This document shows positions 57,901 through 64,000 of a DNA stretch of 64,000 bases, in pieces. Origin of the DNA: a virus (lineage: Duplodnaviria; Caudoviricetes); IMG/VR virus record IMGVR_UViG_3300024283_000011, positions 5,564 through 69,563 of that record; one strand, 5' to 3'. How positions within the stretch are numbered: the first letter of the stretch is position 1; the number at the start of each line of letters is the position of its first letter. The notes below the pieces were generated by a model. It saw nothing but the letters and a program-made list of their open reading frames with translations. It had not been told where the DNA came from and did not search any database. The position numbers and the translations under genes were made by a program.

Positions 57901-58917
57901 GTCGGCCGACTTGCGGCCGATCTCGTAGTCGCCGAGCCCGCCCGAGTCCTGGCCGAATCGGATCTGGACGTCGCCCGAGTCGAGGACGTGGAGGACGCGC
58001 TGGGGGTTGTTCTGGCCGCCGAGGCCGAGCCGGCCCAGGTTCTCCTTGAAGAACAGGTTGCCGACGGTGAGCGTGCCCTTGGTGCCGTTGCTGGTCGTCC
58101 GCAGAATCAGGCCCTCGCCCGCGCCCGTGCCGCCCGTCCACACCGTCTGCCCGCCGCCACCGATCGCGATGCCGGTGATGTAATCGGCCGTGATGTCGTT
58201 GACGGTCCGGGTGACGCCCTGGTGGAACGTCAGCGGCACCTCGTAATCGATGCCCGACGACCCGACGCCGACGATGCCGCCGGTTGCCTTGAGCAAGCCC
58301 GACAGCGACTGGATCTTGACCGAGCCGGCGAGGTACGTGACGCCGGCCTGCACCCAGAGGGCGTAGGCGTTCGTGATGGGCACGCCGCCGGTCGGGCTGC
58401 TGGCGATGGCCAGCGTGGCGGCGTGGGTGATCGTGGCGCTGCCGCTCGTGAAGATGCCGGGGGCCTTGATCGTCACGTAGTTGAAGCCGAGGACGTTGCT
58501 GATCAGCGTCGAGCCCGATAACACGACCGTCGCGCCCGGCATGTTGATCGCGTCCCAGTTCACCGACGGCGCCGAGGCGATCACGGGGGGCGTGGCGTTC
58601 AGCGTGACCTGGCCGCCGGTCAGCGTCAGCGCGCCGGGGGCGGAGTCCGAGCTGGCGCGGATCGTCAGCGTGTCGCCGGCCGCGGTCCCGCCGGTCCACG
58701 TCTGGTTGCCGGCCTTGCCGGTGATGTAATCGCCGCGGACGACGCCGCCCGAGAGGGTGACGCCCGACGCGAACGAGGGGACCGAGCCGACGCCGGCGAT
58801 CGCGGCGTTCAGGTCCTGGAGGCGGACGAGATCGGTCGGATTGACCGGGGCGGCCGGGCCGAAGCCCTTATTCCCGGCGAAGTCGAGGTCGCGTTCGAGG
58901 ATCTCGCGGCCGGCCAT
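54973..58917 (-). CDS. Long tail fibre with internal modular repeats
   Basis: 1314 aa, Gly/Ser/Thr-rich; recurring DYE..L.F..G..R..N.IT and IT...A.WV..G modules. Confidence 0.8.
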   Translation of the reverse strand: MAGREILERDLDFAGNKGFGPAAPVNPTDLVRLQDLNAAIAGVGSVPSFASGVTLSGGVVRGDYITGKAGNQTWTGGTAAGDTLTIRASSDSAPGALTLTGGQVTLNATPPVIASAPSVNWDAINMPGATVVLSGSTLISNVLGFNYVTIKAPGIFTSGSATITHAATLAIASSPTGGVPITNAYALWVQAGVTYLAGSVKIQSLSGLLKATGGIVGVGSSGIDYEVPLTFHQGVTRTVNDITADYITGIAIGGGGQTVWTGGTGAGEGLILRTTSNGTKGTLTVGNLFFKENLGRLGLGGQNNPQRVLHVLDSGDVQIRFGQDSGGLGDYEIGRKSADGLCYLTSTHPSVAGFVVGGGGGERLRVDSSGAVTIAGLGGGTAAMVKASTAGTLQRATAGTDYQAPLSAADSTISFPTTTTIKVGTLPQKFIVQGTADSTLSGAQFLGNLSTGLLKSTTTTGVVSIASAGVDYEPALTFTSGLSRSGNTITGDYITGKALGGGNTTWVGGTGSGEGIVLSTTTNATKGSLTIGTTVYKEATNRLGINQSSPQQRLHVTDAGNVQVRVGQATGSEYDLGRNSSDGLFYVSSTHATVAGLVVTGTTGDRFRVDTTGNATVSGLAGTGSALINASSAGLLGRATAGTDYEPALNFSTGLTRVSNTITANLSTGVAGSQTAAGGNSATASANLTLASTLNATKGKILFGLSSYDDSTADTLSLLSANTTFSTPTLVLASNNVSGQAVFHLRTSTSTLRAGIRADAGGNLVDFSTGGYRMFLVGGDFSTGRVAAKFFNNGNFLVNGTSVGVDPSDLGALVGAGGTAQQLGITRWAATPATTAASTSLAWNAHLWDTVTATLTSAVNVTTAAGFNFAVFRAPTLTNASSMQITNAATVMIENQPANAGSLTIANAMALWVAGGLSRFDSTVNMRSTVVIQSLNGMLKAVSGTVFVASGGTDYELPLTFSTGLSRSINTITAMISTGKSGGQTAFGGTANGENLTLKSTTTGNGVIKLGNSFYDDSSADTMTFLSGNTSFSTPTLILSSSSATGQAVMHFRTSTSTTRAGLRGESGGNFYDFSNGGYRAFLTGGDFGTGIVRAKIFANGNFLVANTSAGVDPTDIGSRLGVSGVATGNTAFHVTGGTSLLDGTLGVGGATPTAGNQVRIGGNVSVDASSTNPLDYFLLDNATVSVSGTNNINSLGFNYATFKRPTLSGSLTISQAATVAIEGPPAASGVTITNPWAFWVQSGFSKFGSLVQIQGGTLVGANHILSIPPSVFSPSVAMPSSFQYAMRVFPQGISLDVFYYVPIIGISQSAFSG

Positions 58918-58920
58918 GGA

Positions 58921-59886
58921 TCACAGCTGCGACAGGAGACCGTAGTTTTGCGTCACCCAGCAGGGGCCGACGCTCAGGCGCCGGGCCGATGTCGAGGAGG
59001 TCATGACCCCGGTGAACAGCGGCTCCAGGCCCGTCGCCGGCAGCGTCGTCGTGATGTTGGCGACCAGCGAGCCGTCGATGAAGAACAGACAGCGCGCCAC
59101 GCCCGAGTCGTCGCCGGCCGCGCCGCTGTAGACGATCTTGAACCGCTGGAAGATGTTCGCCCCGGGTGCGGCCCCAGAATCGACGGTCGACGTGGAAGTG
59201 CCGTCGCTCGTGATGCACTGCCAGTTGCTGTCGCCGTTGGCCTTCTGGATCATGGCCTTCGCGGTGTTGGTGTTCGAGAGGAGCCCCATCTGCCAGGTGA
59301 CGGCGTTCGCGCCGGTCGTGTCCATGCACGCCGCCCACTCCATCACGATGGTGTTGTTGGTGTCGGCGAAGCAGGGGCAGTTGCTGTTCAGCTGCAGTGA
59401 AACCGTGCTGCCGCTGGTGCCGTCGGTGGGCAGCCAGATCGTCGGGAAGGCCAACGACTGCCCGGTCGTCGAGCTGGGCGGCTTGGTCAGAATGGTCGAC
59501 GTCCCGATGACGCCCCAGCCCCACGGAACCGAGAGCCTCGCGAAGCGGCCGCTCGATGTCGACCCGCCGACCGATTCGTCGGTCAGCCAGTTCTCGCGGA
59601 TGGTCAGCTGGCCCCACGCCGGGAATCCCTGGTGGTCGATCGAGAAGCGGTTGACGCCGTTGGGGGCGCCGACCTTCCAGGTGGCCTCGGTCCATTGCGT
59701 CGACCGGGCGGTGGGCCGGCACAGCCAGGCGATGTAATCCATCGCCTCTTTGTGGGCCTGCGCGATGCTGGCGGCGTTCGCCGCTTCGCCGTCGACCGGC
59801 AGGGACGCCGCGGGCAGCTGGCCGGCGCGCGGTTGCGGGCCGGGCGCCTGGGTCGCGGTAGGGTTGCCGGTATACGTCGTCGGCAT
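58921..59886 (-). CDS. Tail fibre/baseplate-associated protein with lectin-like C-terminus
   Basis: 321 aa between the gpI-like gene and the fibre; FFIDG.LVA.ITT.LP. Confidence 0.55.
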   Translation of the reverse strand: MPTTYTGNPTATQAPGPQPRAGQLPAASLPVDGEAANAASIAQAHKEAMDYIAWLCRPTARSTQWTEATWKVGAPNGVNRFSIDHQGFPAWGQLTIRENWLTDESVGGSTSSGRFARLSVPWGWGVIGTSTILTKPPSSTTGQSLAFPTIWLPTDGTSGSTVSLQLNSNCPCFADTNNTIVMEWAACMDTTGANAVTWQMGLLSNTNTAKAMIQKANGDSNWQCITSDGTSTSTVDSGAAPGANIFQRFKIVYSGAAGDDSGVARCLFFIDGSLVANITTTLPATGLEPLFTGVMTSSTSARRLSVGPCWVTQNYGLLSQL

Positions 59887-59893
59887 GACTACC

Positions 59894-60700
59894 TCACACG
59901 GTGGGCGGGATGTACGGCAGCGTCGTCACGCCGTCGGTCCACATGTAATTCGAGCCGCCCCAGTTGCCGGTGCCCCATGTTGGCAGTGTGGGCGGGCTGG
60001 CAGCGAACCCCCAGATTCTGCCGCTCGCGATCACATACGTCCCGATGAAGTTCTTGTTCGCCGGGCGCCAGCGATTGACGATCGAGTTGTGCAGCGACTG
60101 GCCCGACGCGGTGTTGAGGAGCGACGGCATCGACGTGTAGACCAGCCCGAACTGCGCGTAGAAGTCGGTGCGGAAGTCGAAGGTCCACCCGGCCGCGCCG
60201 CCGCGGTTCACGCAGGCGGCCAGCGCGCCGATCGTCAGGTCGGCCACCGTCCCGCCGCTGCCCGTGATCTGGGAGTAGCGCCCGTTGTCCTGGACGATGA
60301 TCCCGCTCGGGCTGGTGAAGCCCGCGATCTGCAGTGCCTTCAGGACGCCGTAGTGCGAACCGGCGTAATCCCAGGTGTCCCACGCCGCCTGCAGGCGCGC
60401 GGCATAGGCGGCGTCCTTGCTGGCGATGGTCGACGGGCTGTCCCCGCCGGCGATCACCTCGGCCGGCCCGCGAGGGAGCCCCCTGTCGCTGCCCATGGCG
60501 TCCAGCGCGTCCGATGGCGGCGTGCCGTAGATGCCGTTGGCGTCGACGCTCCCCTGGGTCGTGTTGCGCGCGAGAACACCCTGGCGCAGCCGGTCCGCCT
60601 GTTCGTCGAACATCTCGCCGAGCCGCTGAAAGAACGCGGCGCCGTTCGGGCCGGCCAGCGGCGGCGGTGCTTGCTTCGGTGTCCAGCTGTTATAGCCCAC
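59894..60700 (-). CDS. Baseplate wedge protein (P2 gpI-like)
   Basis: DALDAMG.DRGLPR...YAARL..AW..W..AGS; position after the J-like genes. Confidence 0.65.
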   Translation of the reverse strand: MGYNSWTPKQAPPPLAGPNGAAFFQRLGEMFDEQADRLRQGVLARNTTQGSVDANGIYGTPPSDALDAMGSDRGLPRGPAEVIAGGDSPSTIASKDAAYAARLQAAWDTWDYAGSHYGVLKALQIAGFTSPSGIIVQDNGRYSQITGSGGTVADLTIGALAACVNRGGAAGWTFDFRTDFYAQFGLVYTSMPSLLNTASGQSLHNSIVNRWRPANKNFIGTYVIASGRIWGFAASPPTLPTWGTGNWGGSNYMWTDGVTTLPYIPPTV

Positions 60701-61331
60701 TGGGGCCTTCCGTCGGCTCGACGTACTTCCGCCGCTGCATCTTCACGTATCGCCTGACGTGGCCAGGAAGGATCCCGAACTCCGCTGCGATCTTGCGGTA
60801 CCCAACTCGGCCCGGGCGATATCGCTCGCGGATTTCGAGGACGGTTGCATATGGGATCCTCACCATGGCGCAACGGCCGGCCCGCATCATGTCGGCGGAG
60901 TTCTCCAGGCAATCGCCCTCGGCCAAGTGCGCCGGATTGACGCACGGGGGGTTGTTGCAGAGATGCCTAATCAGAACGCCGTCGGCGACCGGTCCTTTAT
61001 GCAGGAACCAGCTGAATCTATGCGCCTTCACCGTCTTCCGATTCACGCTGAGCGCGCCGTATTCACCATCGAACTTGCCTGCCGTCCAGATCCAGCAGCG
61101 GCCGAGTTCCGGATGGACGGGCCCACTCTCCTTGTCGACCCTCAGCCAGAAGCGTTCTTCGGCGGACTTCCGTGTATCGTGCCTTCCGACGCCTGGGGTC
61201 CAGTGTCTTTGGCCCACCGGAGACAGCGGCTTTCCTTGCCGTTGCTGCATGCGATGGGACTGGCAAAGGTCACGGGCCGATTGCGGGCGGCCGCAGCCTT
61301 CGAATGAGCATGGCGGCGCGGGAGTTCTCAT
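60690..61331 (-). CDS. HNH homing endonuclease inserted in the baseplate operon
   Basis: CSFEGC...C..H, ERFW.RVDK...CWIW...AHRFSW...IRHLCNNPPCVNPAHL; start ATG 61331. Confidence 0.9.
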   Translation of the reverse strand: MRTPAPPCSFEGCGRPQSARDLCQSHRMQQRQGKPLSPVGQRHWTPGVGRHDTRKSAEERFWLRVDKESGPVHPELGRCWIWTAGKFDGEYGALSVNRKTVKAHRFSWFLHKGPVADGVLIRHLCNNPPCVNPAHLAEGDCLENSADMMRAGRCAMVRIPYATVLEIRERYRPGRVGYRKIAAEFGILPGHVRRYVKMQRRKYVEPTEGPSGL

Positions 61332-62782
61332 ATCGCGTGCCAGGTCATGTTGGCGACCAGATCGGCCGGGCCCCCAATGTTCGAGACGCCCAGTGCCAGG
61401 TTGACCGCGAAGCCGTTGAGCAGCAGCTGGCCGCCCGCCGGCACGCCAACGTCGGTTGCCCCGGCGTCCATCAGGATCTGTTCCAGCTTGGCCAGTTCGA
61501 TGACGCCGCCGATGTCGGTGCTGATCACGTAGGCCGTCCACGCCGCGGCGGCCGCCGCCTGCACGAAAGCCATGTTGACGGTCGGGACCGTGACGTGCCC
61601 GGTCGGGGTCACGGTGGTGACGGTGGCGCTGGCGACGATGCTCTTGTCGCCGATGGCGTCGTGCTGGTCGATGTATGTCTGCACGGCGGTGACCACGCCC
61701 CCGGAGACGCCGCCGGTCACGCCGGCGATGATGACGTCGACCACGCCCGGTAGCGCGTCCTTGTAGATCCGAGCGCGCTTGACCACGGCGCTGGCCCGCT
61801 TGGCCCACACGAGGCGCTTGTCCTGGGCGGCGGACGTGATGACCAGCGCCGGGAACCGGGCGAAGCAGCGGGCCAGCAGCGCCGTCGACGTCTCCCGGTC
61901 CTGGCCGGCCACGGTGATCGGCGAGCCGGGGGACGTGAAGCTATAGAGATCGCCCGCCACGAAGCTGGGGTTGCTGCCGCCGGCGTCGTCGGTGAAGTTG
62001 ACGGTCGGGCCCGAGGTGAAGGTGAACGACGCGCCCATCGTCACGGGTGTCGTCCATGCCCCGCCGTTGACCCGCGTCTGGATGGTTGCGGCCGCCCGTT
62101 GCCCGCTCGCCGCCACCTGGACGTCGTAGCTGGTCGGGTTGGTCGGCGTGCTGCCGCTGACCGTGACCACGCCCGCGCCCACCGGCGGCGTCGGCACCGT
62201 CGAGACGGCCGAGAAGTTCGGCGCCGGGTTGTTGCAGGTCACGCCCGGCAGCGGGTCGACCAGCTTCGTCAGCGTGCCCGCCGCGTCGACGTAGTTCGCG
62301 CCGGCGAGCGTGTTCTGCGACTGCTCGGCCTGGACGGTGATCGTCAGCGTCGACGACGGCGCCAGCGAGCCGCCGGTGATCGCGACATAGCGGTTGCCGG
62401 TCACCGGGTTGTAGACCCACAGGCCGCCCGCACTGATCGTGTAGGTGCCCGTGCCGGCGCCGCGGGTCAGCACGACCGTCTGCTGCGTCGAGGTGGCGGC
62501 GATCCTGATCTTCCCGAACCACTGCACGGCCAGCAGCGTGATCCAGTCGTCGCTGTCGGGCGAGTCCGTGATCGCCGGGAAGCCGCCGCCCAACAGGCCC
62601 GGCTCCATGTTGGCCATGAAGTCGCGGAACGTCTCGGCGGTGATCTCCATCATCACGCGGATGACGCCCCCCGATTCCCAGTCGGTGATCGGGATCTCGG
62701 CCGCCTGCCAGAACGAGAGCAGCTTCGTCCGGATCTGATCCAGCGTCGGCGCCGCGGTGAGCTCGGCCAGCGTCGGCGTCAT
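61328..62782 (-). CDS. Baseplate J-like wedge protein, copy 2
   Basis: TDWESGGVIR..., A...G...N...GTLTKLV..LPGVTCNN and AGQDRETSTALLARC. Confidence 0.85.
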   Translation of the reverse strand: MTPTLAELTAAPTLDQIRTKLLSFWQAAEIPITDWESGGVIRVMMEITAETFRDFMANMEPGLLGGGFPAITDSPDSDDWITLLAVQWFGKIRIAATSTQQTVVLTRGAGTGTYTISAGGLWVYNPVTGNRYVAITGGSLAPSSTLTITVQAEQSQNTLAGANYVDAAGTLTKLVDPLPGVTCNNPAPNFSAVSTVPTPPVGAGVVTVSGSTPTNPTSYDVQVAASGQRAAATIQTRVNGGAWTTPVTMGASFTFTSGPTVNFTDDAGGSNPSFVAGDLYSFTSPGSPITVAGQDRETSTALLARCFARFPALVITSAAQDKRLVWAKRASAVVKRARIYKDALPGVVDVIIAGVTGGVSGGVVTAVQTYIDQHDAIGDKSIVASATVTTVTPTGHVTVPTVNMAFVQAAAAAAWTAYVISTDIGGVIELAKLEQILMDAGATDVGVPAGGQLLLNGFAVNLALGVSNIGGPADLVANMTWHAI

Positions 62783-64000
62783 GCGTAACTCCAGGTCAAT
62801 TCGCTGACGATGTCGACGGCGATGGGTACCTCGGTGCGGTCGAGGGCGATGTTGACGGTCGACAGCGTGCCCGGCGGCTTTCCGATCTGCAGCGAGGTCA
62901 CGTCGAGCGCGCCCGCGTCCATGATGATCTGCTCCAACTCGGACAGCCGCACGAGGCCGCCGATCGGGATGCTGGCGAGGTACGCCGCCCAGCCGTCGCG
63001 GATCGTCTGCTGGACGTTGGCGGCGGTCGCGGCGGTGACGGTCACGAAGCCGGCGGTGATGATGCCGGCGCTGACCGCGCTGGCGATGCTGACCGACGAG
63101 AGGATGTCGCCCAGGCGCGGGTCGATGAACGCCTGCAGGATGGCCAGGGCCGTGGGGTCGACGCCACCGTGCGAATCGGCCGCGATGATCTGCGCGCGCC
63201 CGGCGATCAGCGGGTCAGCCTGGACGGACACGCGATTGATGGACGCGATCGCCAGCTTGGCCCACAGCGCGAAGACGTCGTTCGTCTGGTTGAGGGAGAT
63301 GGACGGCCACCGCCCGCGGCAGCGTTGGCGCAAGCTGTCGTCGGTCTCGGCGTCGTTGCCCTGGATGTAGCCCGTCCCGCCGGGCGACGTCATCGTGTAC
63401 GTGTCGCCGGCGACGAACGAGACCGGCGATGTCGCCCCATTCACCGGGATGACGTCGAAGTTGTGGACCGATCCGACGGGGAACAGCGTGCCCGCCGAGG
63501 CGAACGCGCCGTTGTCCTTCGAAACGCTGAACAGCGCGACGCCGCCGTCGCCGCTGACATCGACGCGGAAGACGTAGACGCCTGGATCTGGACCGCCGAG
63601 GAGGCTGGCAAAGACGAAGTGGCCGGTGCCCTTCCCGTAGTGGACGACGTCGGAGAAGTTCCTGACCGCCGCCGAGACCGTGACGCCGGCGAACGCGGTG
63701 ACCAGCGACGGCGGGACGATCGCCGGGTTGTCGTTCGCCGCCGCCCCCTCGAACTCCGCCTCGAACGCGAGTATCAGCCCCTCGCCCGGCGTGAGGTGAC
63801 CGCCCGTGGTGCTGACGTAGCGGTGGCCCGACGCGCCCACCAGCCACACGTCGCCGGGGTTGAAGTCATACGGCGGCGCGCTGGCGGTCGACGTCAGGAT
63901 CGCGTTGAAGACCGTCTTGGTCGGCGGGTTCCGCTCGACCTGGTAGAACAGCGACGCGTGGAACGACAGCCAGTCCCCGGTGGCCCACGCCAGCAGCCCG
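62779..64000 (-). CDS. Baseplate J-like wedge protein, copy 1 (5' end outside the window)
   Basis: QGNDAETDDSLRQRC; the frame is open from 63849 to the window end; C-terminus aligns with copy 2. Confidence 0.8.
   Translation of the reverse strand, partial: GLLAWATGDWLSFHASLFYQVERNPPTKTVFNAILTSTASAPPYDFNPGDVWLVGASGHRYVSTTGGHLTPGEGLILAFEAEFEGAAANDNPAIVPPSLVTAFAGVTVSAAVRNFSDVVHYGKGTGHFVFASLLGGPDPGVYVFRVDVSGDGGVALFSVSKDNGAFASAGTLFPVGSVHNFDVIPVNGATSPVSFVAGDTYTMTSPGGTGYIQGNDAETDDSLRQRCRGRWPSISLNQTNDVFALWAKLAIASINRVSVQADPLIAGRAQIIAADSHGGVDPTALAILQAFIDPRLGDILSSVSIASAVSAGIITAGFVTVTAATAANVQQTIRDGWAAYLASIPIGGLVRLSELEQIIMDAGALDVTSLQIGKPPGTLSTVNIALDRTEVPIAVDIVSELTWSYA

Noticed and set aside
54973-58917. 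Diversity-generating retroelement or shufflon acting on the fibre
   Set aside because: No reverse transcriptase, no adenine-specific TR/VR pair, no invertase or alternative fibre tips in the window.

Overview
This window is almost a whole GC-rich temperate myophage (contractile-tailed phage) genome, probably seen in its circular, non-integrated form. It opens inside the tape-measure gene, ends inside a baseplate J-like gene on the same strand, and has the integrase in the middle. The host is probably Myxococcota; this is an inference from GC content and from sigma-region-4/Cys and SLT protein types. Nearly all genes are on the minus strand. Modules, left to right: tail (1-5.4 kb); head (5.4-10.2 kb); a portal gene inverted against its module; terminase (11.8-13.6 kb); an ~8 kb accessory structural cluster (SGNH, BppU-like, LamG with 15 GWEP repeats); a long early/middle region (22-50 kb); a divergent switch at ~50.7 kb; lysis genes; tail fibre and baseplate (55-64 kb). 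The early/middle region holds DnaB, a DUF1376 initiator with iterons, two methyltransferases, a Cas4-like nuclease plus annealing protein, HNH genes, two tyrosine recombinases and a sigma factor. The most unusual signals are: (1) a repeated TCTAGA-N3-T[TG]GAG-N16/17-(-10) promoter architecture with very short leaders, next to a FliA-like sigma factor with a second Cys-rich region-4 module; (2) a catalytically degenerate second integrase; (3) a two-frame nested C5 methyltransferase; (4) a tRNA-like element with a possible UCA anticodon inside a CDS; (5) the inverted portal; (6) many paralog pairs. All calls come from reading the sequence by eye, and no database search was run. Many start codons were re-picked relative to the ORF track.
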